Assembly: GCA_002189035.1 (NCBI GenBank)
Contig: CM007989.1
Location: 5,208,001 to 5,272,000 of the forward strand
Length of the DNA: 64,000 nucleotides
Origin: Utricularia gibba
Lineage: Eukaryota > Plantae > Magnoliophyta
Reading direction: 5' to 3'
Below, in pieces: positions 37,426 through 51,200 of this stretch. Position 1 is the first letter of the stretch. Every line of letters starts with the position of its first letter. Below the pieces are notes generated by a model. It searched no databases. It saw nothing but the letters and a program-made list of their open reading frames with translations, and was not told the origin of the DNA. Position numbers and translations under genes: made by a program.

Positions 37426-39172
37426 GTTGATTATTCACATTATTGTTGGGTTTACATCTTGGGGATCATGATATGTTGCTAGACATCACTTATGATCGAT
37501 AATTATGGATTTGATTAATTAAGAGTTAATTAATAAATTCATTATTACGCCCTTGATTGAAGAAGCTTATAGGGTCACATACAATAGTGGAGTCACTCAA
37601 CGATATAAAATAGAATGACACAATTACATGAGATGTAATTGGTAAAGTGGATAAATTAAATTGAAAGTTATTTTGAGATTAATATTGATTAAACTCAAAA
37701 TAAAAGATCATATATAGATAAGATTTAGAATATATACATATCTCCATAAGATAAGATCTTTACGGAGATATAATTTGATATGTTACCATATATCTATCAA
37801 AAGATTTAGATCTTGAGGAATTCGATCTAAAATACTGATCTACAAGGGGGCGTTTTTCTCTACTAGCACCTGAGGAATTCGACCAGCATTCAAGAGACTT
37901 GAGAAGGTTATCGACGAAGTGCTCCACGTGTGGATACCATAGAGGACGTCTACTATTGGCGGTTCGTTTACGGTTTAGGGTTTCTCAAAATTTTTAAAAT
38001 TCCGCTGCTTTTGAGACATATGATGTTTACGAGAAACCCAACACATTGATGTAAGTAGTTGTACTAATGTTGTTAACAACATGTTGGTAGAGAATTTGCG
38101 ACTATCAATTGTGAGGTATCCAAAGTCTTACAATTTACAGTGGTTCAATAAAGAAAGTGAGGTAATGGTGACCAAACAAGTGTTTGTGGTATTTTCCAAA
38201 GGAAGGTATGAAGATAAAGTCCTGTGTGATGTTGTACCTGTGCATGCTTGTCACATCCTTTTAAGGAGTTCATAGGAATATAATAGAAGAGCATTGCATG
38301 ATAGATTTAAGAATAAGAATTCCTTCAATTATAATGGACGCTCAATCACAATTGCTCCATTATCTCTAAAGGAGGCACATGAAGATGAGTGGAGAATAGA
38401 GTGAAAAAAAGAGAATAGAGTGAAAAAAGACCCAAGGAAGTGACCGAGGACGCCATATTGCTCTGTCTTATTAACACCATTTTTGTTATGTTTTTATATA
38501 TGTTTGAAAACATGTTTTGTAGGGATAAATGCTATTTAGTATGCTAAATTATCTTCTTTTACGTACTTAGTCTGCTAGAATGTGTTTATTGTGAAAACAG
38601 GCTCAATTGGCAACAATTGAGCCGAAAACTCTGTGAACTGGAAACTCGTTGTAGACCTTTCCTTAGTTTATAAACATGTTTCTGTTTAAGCTTTCCATGT
38701 TTGCCTTTAAGTTTAACGCGCTTTTACTATTCATGCAAACCATGCTCTGTTTCTGCAAACTATTACTCTGTTTTCAAACATTCAAAGCTAGGTTTAAGCC
38801 TAGGGGATCTCTTGAGTGACACAAGAGCTAGACCCTTGTGTAAAATATAGCCAAATTACTTTTATTTTATGTTTTATGCACCTACACGTTAATTTGAATC
38901 CCTCTTCATCCCTGCAACTCGTTTATTCCAGTAACTGTTATTTTACGTCTTACCTGCATTAGACTTAAATCCCAGAAAACCCCCCTTGTTTCAAGTAATT
39001 GTGATGAACTTCAGAAAATTGCAACCATTTCCTGCGGATTCGACCATTGCTTGCCACACTACATTAATTCTTGTGATTTGTGAAGTAGAATAGCTCGGTT
39101 TATAAATTTCTTTTGATGCGTTGAATGTGCTAAACCCCGACATTTAGCAACTCATTCCAACGTTCATCAAAA

Positions 39173-39188
39173 TGGCGCCGTTGCCGGG
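39173..39188 (+). other. Athila primer binding site
   Basis: TGGCGCCGTTGCCGGG 3 nt after the LTR end. Confidence 0.9.
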
Positions 39189-39269
39189 GAAACGGAGTCT
39201 GTTAATTTTTCTATTGTTAATGCATTTACATTCCTTTGGAGGTCCACTTGAACCCCTTGATTTGGAGAT

Positions 39270-42200
39270 CGAGAGGACCAAAAAATTACTGAGAAAGAAG
39301 CACAAACAAAGTCAGCAAGAGCCTAAGTTGAGAGCCGAAGAGATGGCTGACAACCCACCAAATAACCAACAGCTTGTGAATATTTTGGAGAAGACTATTG
39401 GAGAATATGAGTCACCAAATCATACATACCGAGGGCACTGCATTACCTTTCCTATAACAGCAAATAATTTGGAGTTGAGGCCAGGAACCCTTGCTCTGTT
39501 TCCTAAGTATTATGGGAACAAGAAAGAGGATCCTCATATGCATATTGATGATTGTATTGCTGTTGGAGTTGTGCTGTGACTCAAGGATGTGACTGAGGAT
39601 GATTTACTACTCAGAGTCTTCCAATTTACTCTTGAAGGATATGCTAAGACGTGGTTCAATACACTTGAACCTGGAAGTATTAGAAGCTGGATGGAAATGA
39701 ATAAAGCATTTTTAAATCATTTTTTTCCTACCTCGAGAGCAGATGAAATTCGAAGCAAAATTGAGAATATTTTTCAGGATTATGATGAGCCTCTACATGA
39801 GTATTGGGACAGGTTCACAACCCTTCTTTCGAGCTGTCCACACCATGGATTCGATAGATTAAAGCAAGTGAAATGTTTTTCAAAGGGATTAACTGCTGCC
39901 CAAAGAGATAAATTGGATTCTGGTGCACATGGGAATATGAGCACTCTTACCCCATATGAAGGCTGGGAGAAAATTAAAGAAATGGTTGGACATTCAAGGC
40001 GTTCTCAATTTCGATCCAGAGCCCAGCGACAAGTGAATGAGATGGGAGTACTAAGAGAAGATAAAGCAGCATGAAATGACAAGGATATTGCGGAATTGAA
40101 GGATATGATGAAAGGATTATTTCTTGTTCATGCTAAATCCGTGCCTTGTGAAGTCTATGGAATTTTGGGACATACTCTTGATCATTGCTTCATGAAAGGA
40201 AATCAGGAAGAACCACTTGAAGGAGTGAATGCAGTAGGGTACATGAATAATAGAGTTGATTATTTCAGGCCCAAGAATGACCAGCGATTTGAGCCTACGA
40301 GGAATCATCCCAATTTCAGCTGGAGAAGCACCAATGTTGAAAATCCACAACATCTGGGATTTAATCAACAGCACCAACCAGCTCAAACAAATCGTTTCAG
40401 CAAGGACATAGTGTTCAGCAGGGGAATAGGTATCAAAGCAAGCCTTATCAACCCCCACATCAAAGAGCCGACCAGCCAAGCACTTCAAGTGTTAAACCAA
40501 CTCCTTCCACTGAAGAAATGATGAAGATGATGCTAGAAAACATGGCCAGACGTGATGCTGAAGAAGCAAAACGGGATGCTGAACAGGCCAAAAGGAATGT
40601 TGAATCTGAGAAGATGATGAAGAGTCTTGAGAGGCAAATTGGCCAACTTGCTACAGAGCTTGCTGAACTGAAAGGAAACTCAGGGAAATAACCATCTCAG
40701 CCCAATGCTAATCCGAAGGCCAACATTTCTGCTATAGAACTTCGTGGGGGAAAGCAGCTCCCTGACCGAAAAGCCCCTACAAGCCACAGCAAAGCAGCAG
40801 AAGGGATTCAAATTAATTCTGAGGATAAGGTGCAGCATGAAAAGGCAGTTGGGGAACCTGTTGCTGAGATCAAGAAGACGCCTCCTTTTCCTGGAAGATT
40901 GCAAGCTCGAGCAAGGAAAGAAGAAAAGGACTCTATCATTTCAGCCTTGGACTCTGCAATGACAGGAATTACAGTTGTCGAAGATGCTGATGGAAAGAAG
41001 GTGGCGACACGAGTTCAAAATGGTTGGAGGGTATGTATTGACTACAGAAAGCTGAACGGAGTAACAAGGATCACTACCCTCTACCCTTTGTGGACCAAAT
41101 GTTGGACAGGTTAAGTGGTAAAAGTTTTATTGCTTTCTTGATGGGTACTCAGGGTATAATCAGGTTGCTGTGGCACCGGATGATCAAGAAAAGACGACTT
41201 TTACCTGCCCCTTTGGCACCTATGCGTACAAGAAGATGCCATTTGGTCTCTGCAATGCCCCAGCGACGTTTCAAAGGTGTGTTACCAGCATTTTTTCGGA
41301 TTATATTGATGATTTCATTGAAGTATTCATGGATGACTTTACTGTGCATGTGACTAGCTTTGATGATTGTTTGAATCATTTAGAACTTGTTTTGAAACGT
41401 TGTGTTGAGAAAGATTTAGTTTTGAACTCTGAAAAATGCCATTTCATGGTACGCCAAGGAATTGTACTTAGCCATGTTGTTACTGAAGCAGGTCTTACGG
41501 TAGATCCTGCTAAGGTAAGTACTATTTCTGGTTTACCATATCCACATGATGAAAGAGGATTTCGTACATTTTTAGGCCATGTTAGATTTTACAGGAGGTT
41601 TATTAAGGGATTTTCTCAAATTGCTCGACCATTGACTAACCTCTTGCAAAAAGATGTTGAGTTTATTTTTTCAGATGAATGTAAGCATGCTTTTGAAACT
41701 ATCAAGGCAGCCGTGACATCAGCTCCTATCATCCAAGCACCCAACTGGAGTGAACCATTCCATGTGATGGCTGATGCATCTAATTATGCAGTAGGAGCTG
41801 TGTTAGGCCAGAAACTTAATGGAAAAAACACTGTTATCAGCTATGCCTCTAAAACTTTGGATAATGCTCAAGCAAATTACACTACAACCGAGAAGGAGAT
41901 GCTATCTGTTGTATTTGCCTTAGAGAAGTTCAGAAGCTATTTGTTGGGTAACAAAGTGATTGTGGATACAGACCAGGCCGCCATCAAACACCTCATGTCC
42001 AAAAAGGAGACCAAACCAAGGCTTATGAGGTGGGTCTTATTGCTGCAAGAGTTCAATGTGGAAATCAGGGATAAGCCTGGGAAGCTCAATGAAGTTGCAG
42101 ATCATCTTAGTTGAATCGAGCAACCCATGAATGGTGTTCCAATTGTTGAAGAATTTCCAGATGAACAACTCTGTGCAATTAAGGGTGATGCAGGTAAGAC

Positions 42201-43509
42201 TAGTGAACCATGGTATGCTGACATAGCCAATTACCTGTGCACTGGAGAGATGGCTTTGGACTTAAAGAGTTATGAGAAGCTGAAGTTGAAGAGTGAGAGT
42301 AAGCACTATTTCTGGGATGACCCCTATCTGTGGAAAAATTGTGCTGATGGTGTTGTGCGACGCTGCTTGAATGAAGATGATATTCAGCAAGTGTTGGCAT
42401 TCTGTCATACATCTCCTTGTGGAGGGCACCATGGTCTTAACCGTACTAACAAGAAGGTGCTGGATTGTGGTTATTATTCGCCAACAGTTTTCAAAGATGC
42501 CAAGTCTTACTGTAAGAGCTGCGAGAACTGCCAGAGAACAGGGAATATCTCAAACCGGCATGAAATGCCAATGCAGCCAATTGTAGTTCCAGAAGTGTTC
42601 GATGTGTGGGGAATAGACTTCATGGGCCCCTTTCCAAACTCTGCTGGCTATGAGTACATTCTGGTGGCAGTGGACTATGTTTCGAAGTGGATAGAGGCAA
42701 TTCCCACCAAGTCACAAGATACTCATTCAGTCATACGTTTTCTGAAAAATAACATCTTTGTGAGGTTTGGAACACCCAAAGCCTTGATCAGTGATCGTGG
42801 AAGCCATTTCTTTAACAAGGCTATGGAGAGATTGCTTAAAAGCTATGGAGTCTGGTACAAGCCATCTAATTCTTACCACCCTCAGACCAATAGGCAGGCA
42901 GAAGTTTCTAATCGGGAGATCAAGCAAATTCTGGAAAAGATTGTGACTTCTTCTCGCAAGGACTAGAGCTCCAAGTTGAATGACACCTTGTGGGCAATTC
43001 GCACAGCCTTCAAAACCCCCATCGGTATGTCTCCTTTTCGTCTTGTATATGGTAAACATTGCCATTTGCCCATTGAATTAGAGCAGAAGGCAAGATGGGC
43101 GATCCAGCGAGTGAACTTGGAGATTCAAGGTTGTGGTGACTTGAGAAAGCTCCAACTTTCAGAGCTTGATGAGCTAAGACATGAGACCTATATGAATTCT
43201 AAAATCTTCAAGGAACGCACGAAGAAGTTCCATGACCGTCAGATCTTGCGAAAGCACTTTGAACCTAGACAAAAGGTATTATTATTTCAGTCTAAACTCA
43301 AACTTCACCCAGATAAACTGAAATCTCGTTGGGAAGGACCTTTTGTGATTAAACATGTTAATCCTAACGTTTCCATTGAGTTGTTTGATAGAGACATGCT
43401 TAGCTCATTTAATGTGAATGGTCACAGATTGAAAGGGTTTCATGAGCTCATGATTGATGAAGTGGGAAACCCTGTGGATGCTGTGGCATTCACTGAAATT
43501 CCCCTCTAA
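39270..43509 (+). pseudogene. gag-pol: Athila gag-pol, protease deleted
   Basis: ORFs 39589, 41170, 42127 and 42976; [34 protein letters not shown]. Confidence 0.93.
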
Positions 43510-44499
43510 GTGATTCTATACTTAAGTCTTACCCTAATACTTATTCTAGGGTCCTCGCTGGGAGGTAACCAGTATTTTCTACTTTTATTTTCTTTATTTA
43601 TTATTATTTTTGGACTTTTAGTTATGCATTCTTTTTTTTGTGCAGTTGCAATCTGTTATCTTTTTGGTTTTCTGCCCCACTGTTAGTTTCTGATGCCAGG
43701 GCCCATCTTCTGTGTATTTGCAATTCTTTTCTTTATTTTTTTTTAGTCACACAGGCCCAATGGGTTCAATTTAAAAAGAGTGGGAACCCTTCTTCCCAAC
43801 AGCTACTTTCCCTTTTTCGCACCCCTTGCTTCTTTCACAGAACTGTTGCATCCCTTCCATGGCGAACTTCCCATCCTCTGATTCCACCGCCGTGGCGGCG
43901 GCCACCCTTGACCACCCATCTATTCCACCAGCCTCCTTAACCACCAACCCATCCTCTGTCTTACCGCGCACTATTCAGTTTTTCCCTCACTCTGTTACCG
44001 TACCCTCTGCCGTGCGCCCTAGGCCCTCTCCCGACGAAATGCTGCTCACTGCGCAGGTGGAAGCCGACATTTTGCAGTTGCTGCTAGGCTTACGCGTCGC
44101 CCATCTTCACACACTCGCCTCCAGCACCTCTCTGCCCACACCAGTGGTGCAACCCAAACCTATTACCATTACGCCCTCACCGCAGCTTGCGTCTCCGCCC
44201 AAAAATCTGGTGGGTTCCGTTGATTTTTCTCTTACACTGGGTATGCCTTGTCCTTCTACTGCAGCACTGCCCGCCAACAAACCGCACCCCTTCCCCAGCT
44301 CCGGTGGTTACTATTTCTGCTACTCCTCCACCACCGGCGCGCTTCACCCCTGGACCCCCACTTACACCTGACCTTATCCATGCGGATTTCCTTAAGGACC
44401 AGGAACTTTCAGACCCCCGGAGAGGGGTATCCCCAAATCTGCCCTTGCCGCTGCACCAAAAGACATTGCTTCAGTAGGGAATACCACGGCGAGACCTGT

Positions 44500-46090
44500 T
44501 GAAGGCAAGCGTAGCAGAGTCAAGCAATGTGTGACTCATCGGACCTACAGAACGCGCAAGCAGAGAGCAGATGAAGATAATTTGGCAGCCAAACAGTGGG
44601 AGGAGGAAAATGCTGCCAGCAAGAAGAAGGGCGCAGCAGCAACACACAAGGCCCCTGCGCCTTCGTCAACACTTTCTGAGCCAACAAGAGAGGCAGCAAC
44701 TGCCAATAAAAAGGACACGGCCACAAGCAAGAAGCCTCCAGCAAGGAAATGTTCTGAACAAACACCAACAACCATCGAGACAGCCAGAGAGGAGGGTGCC
44801 ACTGTCCGCAAGGAATAACCAAAGAAACGGCCACGAGAGGAGAAGAAGACCGGAAAAACGCAGAAGGGAGGAAAAGCGAAACAACGCAAGGAGGGAAAAG
44901 GTAAAGAGAAAATGACTGAACCCCCTATTGGCTCCACTATTTTTGCAGATAGGGAGATCACCATGGCGGAGTTGGAAGACTGTTCAAGAAGAATGACTAG
45001 CGGAGGGTGCGCATTTTTCACTAAGGAGGTCACAGAAATTTTTAGAGAATACCTCCGGTTCAGCAGCAGGGCCCACAAAGAAAAGCTGGAGCAGGGCCAG
45101 AACCGGTGCGCTACCTTGACACTGAAACACTGCAACATCTTGGCATTGAGCAGGAGGTAAACAAACGGTTGGCAGGTACACCACTCCTTCATATTTTCCA
45201 GAACAAGCTGCCTGCCTGTGCTAAATTGTGTTATGAATTTTTCACAACATTTGTGTATGATGTACCCGAAACTGTCTTTGCCCCTGGTATTCTTCGGTTT
45301 AGATTGTTTGGAAAATGGTTTGCCTACTCTTTAGTTGATTGGAATCGAGCCTTAGGATTGGTTTCTGAGGATGATGTGAATTCCACTGCTTTCCAAACCT
45401 CTATGTTGGATTTTCCTGAAATAGACTACTTTGATGAGCATGAGGTGTATGAACAATTGACTGGGCAGTGTGAAGTTATTTTTAAGCAGAAAGGAACTAA
45501 GGCCAGCTTGATAGTAGACCCTGTGTGAAGGGTTATTCATGTTTTGCTTTCTGCTTCCTTTTTCCAGCATCAGCGTGCCTTCAATTCTCTGTTTAAAAAT
45601 GAAACTTTTATTTTGTGGAGCTTAATGATGAAAAGGCCCTTGAATGCTAGTGCTTTACTGGCTGATCTGATGAAGAAGGAAGTAGGGAATAGAAATTGCG
45701 TTTTAACTTTGCGGTTTGGCAATTGGATTTCTTATTTGGCTCTGAAGGAATTTGGTCCTGACATTTTAGAAAATGCAAATCTGCACATTGGACCCCACAT
45801 CTCCCCATAGACTTGTCTTTTCTCATGAACATTGGCATGACTCGACTTGCCAAAGGCAAGATCGTATTTTTTTTGAGCACAGGTGATGGAAATGTTGTGG
45901 AGCAGCCCCTACCCAATGCTCAGGAAGCTTCTACATCTGCTGCGGCAGGGGAAGCACCTGTGAAAAGTGGAGACTGTGTTGTTTGAAGGAAGTTCGTGAG
46001 CTGCGAGGTACGGTGGGAACTCTGAAGATGTACTTGGAAATTCTGCTTGATTTACAGACAAATGCAGGTCCTACCGCTCCTCCTATGCCT
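44500..46090 (+). pseudogene. Athila env-like ORF with low-complexity charged N-terminus, broken
   Basis: KLCYEFFTTF and FRLFGKW blocks; homologous in position and sequence to 7014-8760. Confidence 0.75.
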
Positions 46091-48296
46091 TAATTAGACT
46101 TTAATCCTGTTTGTTTTGTATATATGAGTTTTATGTTTTATGTGTTTTAGTTTTCCTTCTTGTCTTGCATGTGTTTTGTGCTTGTTTTTCTGTCTTTTGT
46201 TGCCTTGAGTACTGCTGAGCATGTTTAGGAATTTTGGTTCATGCTGGAAATGTAATATGCCTACCCCTTCGCTTCTGTGAGGACTCAATCTTTTTAGTTC
46301 TTACCTGCGTAAGACTTATATGAGGGTAGCCAGATTTTGTAGAAAATTGCATGCATGCGACCTGTGTTCTGCTCTATCTGCACTAAGACTTTATTGTGAA
46401 TAGCTTGCATGTGGCCTGCTAGTATGTGGATGTTAGAGGAATGCTGAGTTAGACACATAGATCGTGGCTGATGCACGTAAAAAAAAAAAAAAAGCCAAGC
46501 TATATGTAAAGAAAAAAAAAAGGGCAGAAAGGTACAAAAGGCGGGCACACCAGAAAAGCCGTGCTGTAAAAAATATATATCTTGTAGGAAATAAGGGCTT
46601 GAGGCTTAGACACTATGAACTAATCATTTTCCCTGAACATTTTTTGTGGTCTGGCCAACCACTCAAGGAGAAATAAGGATGAAAAGAGGGAGGGGAATGT
46701 GACTAAGTCATTGTGGAAGAGTTCTCAAGTTTCTATACTGTTGTTTAGTACCTCATGTGCATCATTTTTCATTCTCAGCCACCATTCTTATTATAAGTCA
46801 TATGTGTCTTACAAGGTACAACTCGTATATGTCACTGTTAGTATGCCACTGCCAGTTAGGATCGAGTTAGTAATAGTGCAAATGTGATTTTTGAACACTT
46901 GAAGCATGCGAGTAACCTCTACTATCTGTGCTTGAGTGAAACTATTCTTACCAGCACTTGTTACCTCTTCTCTTCACTCCTTGCATGGACAACATGAATC
47001 GAAACCTTTTCTTTGCCTCAACAAACTCAACCTTAGATTTTCTGATTTAGACTTGAGGACAAGTCTAGAGTCGTTGTAGGATAGTGTGATAACACCATTT
47101 TTTTTTATGTTTTTATATATGTTTTTAAGCATGTTTTGTAGGGATAAATGTTATTTCGTATGCTAAATTATCTTCTTTTGCGTATTTAGTCTGCTAGAAT
47201 GTGTTTATTGTGAAAACAAGCTCAATTGGTAACAATTGAGCCGAAAACTCTAATATTTTGTCCAGTCTATGTTTTAAGTCTTACTAGGGTAAGAGCTAGT
47301 ACTGTAGCGGCGCACTTTCCGCGTTGACAAGTCAGAAAGGAAAGAATGGCTGTGCAAAAGCTACTTTCCGCCGAAAGTAGCCGCTCTTCTGAAGAGATAA
47401 GATATGGAGCAGAGATTTTCCTTCTAGAAGCCTGAGGAAAAGACGAAGCTACCCTTACTTTTGAGCTGCAAAAGGGAAAAGGAAGGGAGAGAAGAGGCAG
47501 AGTACACTGTGCACGCAGAGTGCACAGGCAGCGAACAAGGAGCGAGCAGGAGCAAGGAGAACTCCATTTCTCCGGCGACCTCCAGATCTGCGTGTCTACA
47601 CCACCGTTCCGGCTAGAACTTCGATTTCTAACAGATCTCCAGCCCACATAAGCATCCTAAAACTTTTATTTATAGATTTATGCACTCCCTTTTCTACGTG
47701 AACTTGCTACTGTTATTGCCGTCGTTTTTATGCTTTCTAATGCTTTTCGGTACCTTGCTGTGAACTGGAAAGTCGTTGTATACCTTGCCTTAGTTTATAA
47801 ACATGTTTCTGTTTAAGCTTTCCATGTTTGTCTTTAAGTTTAACGCGCTTTTACTGTTCATGCGAACCATGCTCTGTTTATGCAAACCATTACTCTGTTT
47901 TCAAGCGTTCCAAGCTGGGTTTAAAACTAAGGGCTCTCTTGAGTGTCACAAGCGCTAGACCCTGGTGTAAAATCCAGCCAAATTAATTTTATTTTATGTT
48001 TTATGCACCTTCACGTTAATTTGAATCCCTCTTCATCCCTACAACTCGTTTATTCCAGTAACTGTTATTTTACGTCTTACCTGCATTAGATTTAAATCCC
48101 ATAAAACCCCCCTTGTTTCAAGTAATTGTGATGAACTTCAGAAAATTGCAACTATTCCCTGTGGATTCGACCCTTGCTTGCCATACTACATTAATTCCTG
48201 TGATTTGTGTAGTAAAATAGCTCGGTTTATAAATTTCTTTTGATGCGTTGAATGTGCTAAACCGCGACATTTAGCAACCCATTCGAACGTTCATCA

Positions 48297-51200
48297 GTGT
48301 CTTTAAATTTACTCTTGAAAAACATGCCAAAACTTGGTTCAACACACTTGAACTAGGGAGTATTAGAAGTTGGATGGAAATGAAGAAAACATTTTTGAAC
48401 TATTTTTGCCCTACCTCTAGAGCTGATGAGTCTTTACACGAGTACTGGGATAGATATACTACTCTTCTTTCGAGCAGTCCACACCATGGATGTGATAAAC
48501 TAAAGCACGTGAAGTGTTTTTTAAAGGGTTTGAGTGATGCACAAAGAGATATGTTAGATTATACTGGACATTATATAAGGACTCTTACCCCATCTAAAAG
48601 CTGGGAGAAAATCAAGGAAATGGTTGCACATTCCAGGCATTCTGAGCTTAGATCTCGAGCCTAGCGACAAGTGAACAAAATAGGAATATTGACACAAGAT
48701 GAAGCAGCAAGAAATGACAAGAAGATTGCTGAATTAAAAGATATGGTGAAGGGTTTATTTCTTGTTCATGCCAAATTAGTGCCTTGTGATGTATGTGGAA
48801 TTCTTGGACAAACTTTTGATCATTGCACCATGAAAAGAGCTGATTATTTCAAGCCCAAGAATGACCAGTGATTTGAGTCTATGAGGAGTCATCCCAATTT
48901 CAGCTGGACAAGGACCAACATTGAAAATCCAAAGCACTTGGGATTTACTCAACCGCAGCAGCAAGCAGCACCACCAATTTTATTTCACCAAGGACAGAAT
49001 GTTCAGTAGGGCAATAGATATCAAATTAAGCCTTATCAACCCCCACATAAAATAGTCGACCAGCCAAGCAATTCAGGTGCTAAACCACCCTCTTCAAGTG
49101 AAGAAATGATGAAGATGATGCTGGAAACCATAGCCAGACGTGATGCTGAACAAGTAAAAAGAGATGTTAAATCTGAGAAGATAATCAAAACTATTGAGAG
49201 GCAGATTGGCCAACTTGCTACAAAGCTTGTTGCACTAAAGGGAAATTCAGGGAAACCACCATCTTAGCTCAATTCTAATCCGAAAGCCAACATTTCCTGA
49301 TCGAAAGGCCCTTGCAAGTCACAGCAAAGTAGTAGAAGGTGCTGAAATTAATTCTAAGGACAAGGTGCAGCAAGGAAAAATAGCAGGGGAACCTATTGTT
49401 GAGATCAAGAAAACACCTCATTTTCATGGAAGGTTACAAGCTAGAACATTGCAAAATGAAAAGGACTCTAAAAAATTCCTAGATGATTTTGCACCTGTGA
49501 CTGGAGTTGATGTTATTGGTGAGCTGGTGGAGGAAGTTTTAGATGAAGAGCAGCACGACATTGTTGAAATGTTTAGATAAGAAAATGAGCTCGAAGAGGA
49601 AGAAGTTGAGCACTTAATTCTGGAATGCTTCATTGAAGATAAAGACTTGGTGAAGCTTGGAGAGGTGACTAGTGTTACATCACTAGAGTTGAAACCTTTG
49701 CCTTAACATTTGAAATATGTATTTATTGGTGAAAACTCAAAGCCGGTGATTATCAATGCTGATCTTTCTTGGAAGAAGAGATGAAGCTGATGGATGTTTT
49801 GAAAGCTAATTGCAATGCCATTGACTGGACATTGGATGATATAACCGAAATAAGTTCTTTTCTCACAATGCATAGGATTTATCTTAAAGACGGAGAAAAA
49901 CCGGTTAGACAACCCCAAAGAAGGCTGAATCCTACCCTCATGCAGGTAGTGAAGGATACATAAGCTATTGAAAGGTGGAGTGATTTACTCGATTTTTGAT
50001 AGCATGTGGGTAAGTCTTATCGATGTAGTCTCTAAAAAAACATGAATTATAATAGTTGAAGATGCCGATAGGAAGAAGGCAGTGACGCGAGCTCAAAATA
50101 GCTGGAGGGTAAGTATTGATTACCATAAGCTGAACGAAGTAACAAAGAATGATCACTACCCTATACGCTTCATCGATCAAATGTTGGACAGGTTAAGTGG
50201 TAAGAGTTTTTATTACTTTCTTGATGGGTACTCAAGGTATAACCAGGTTGTTGTGGCACGGGATGATAAAGACAAGATGACGTTTACCTGCCCTTTCGGA
50301 ACTTAGGCATACAAAATGCCTTTCGGTCTCTACAACACCCCAACGACATTTCAAAGGAGTGTCACCAGCATTTTTTTTTCGAATTATATTGATGATTTTA
50401 TAGAAGTATTTATGGATGACTTTATTATGCACGAGACTAGTTTTGATGATTCTTTGAACTATTTGAAGCTTGTGTTAAAATGTTGTGTTGAGAAGGATTT
50501 ACTTTTGAACTGTAAAAAGTGTCATTTCATAGTACGCCAAGGAATTATACTTGGGCATGTTGTGCAGCAAGCCTTACGGTAGATTCTGCGAAGGTAAGTA
50601 CTATTTGTGGTTTACCATATCCACGTGATGAAAGAGGTGTTTGTGCATTTTCGGGTCATGTTTGATTTACAGAAGGTTTATTAAAGGATTTTCTGAAATT
50701 GCTCAACTACTAACGAACCTCTTGCAAAAAGATGTTGAGTTTATTTTCGCAGATGAATGTAAGCATGCTTTTGACACTCTCAAAAAGACCGTCACTTCAA
50801 CTTCTATCATACAAGCGCCCAATTCGAATGAGTCATTCCATGTGATGATTGATGCTTCCAACTATGAAGTAGGAGCTGGGCAAGGCTAGAAGCTTGATGG
50901 AAAGGATACAGCTATCAGCAATGCCTCCAAAACCTTGGATAGTGCTCCAGCGAATCACACTACAACTGAAAAAGAGATACTAGCTATTGTGTTCACCTTG
51001 GAAAAGTTCAGAAGCTATTTGCCTGGAAATAAAATGATTGTGCACACGATCCATGCCATCATCAAACACCTCATGTCTAAGAAGGGAACCAAATCGAAGC
51101 CTATGATGTGGGTCTTGTTGCTGCAAGAGTTCAATGAAGTCGCAGATCATCCGAGTAGAATTGAACAGCCCATTTATGTTGTACCAATTGTTGAAGATTT

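Larger units (their letters stand above)
30763..38043 (+). mobile_element. Angela-LTR-bounded composite with TSD CATTG: full left LTR (30763-32265), foreign interior, partial right LTR (37445-38043)
   Basis: TGTTGG...CCAACA termini; CATTG at 30758-30762 and 38044-38048. Confidence 0.85.
29235..38430 (+). mobile_element. CRM gag-protease host split into 29235-29839, 30444-30762 and 38044-38430 by two insertions
   Basis: WWDQWV..W.EMK..MRKHF, RNIKCFK*FGNGHIAFEC, and KVCNLII|DVSSCTNV reads continuously across the 30763-38043 insertion. Confidence 0.85.
38468..48296 (+). mobile_element. Full-length degenerate Athila element (second family) with two LTRs (38468-39169, internally deleted; 47087-48296)
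   Basis: LTRs end CGTTCATCA; PBS at 39173; flanks CTGTC/GTGTC (imperfect TSD) inside the gag of a related copy (EVTEDAILLC|VFKFTLE). Confidence 0.93.

Noticed and set aside
46478-46525. Poly(A) tracts as a LINE or retrocopy tail
   Set aside because: They are internal A-rich runs in the Athila 3' UTR, with no TSD or upstream LINE sequence.
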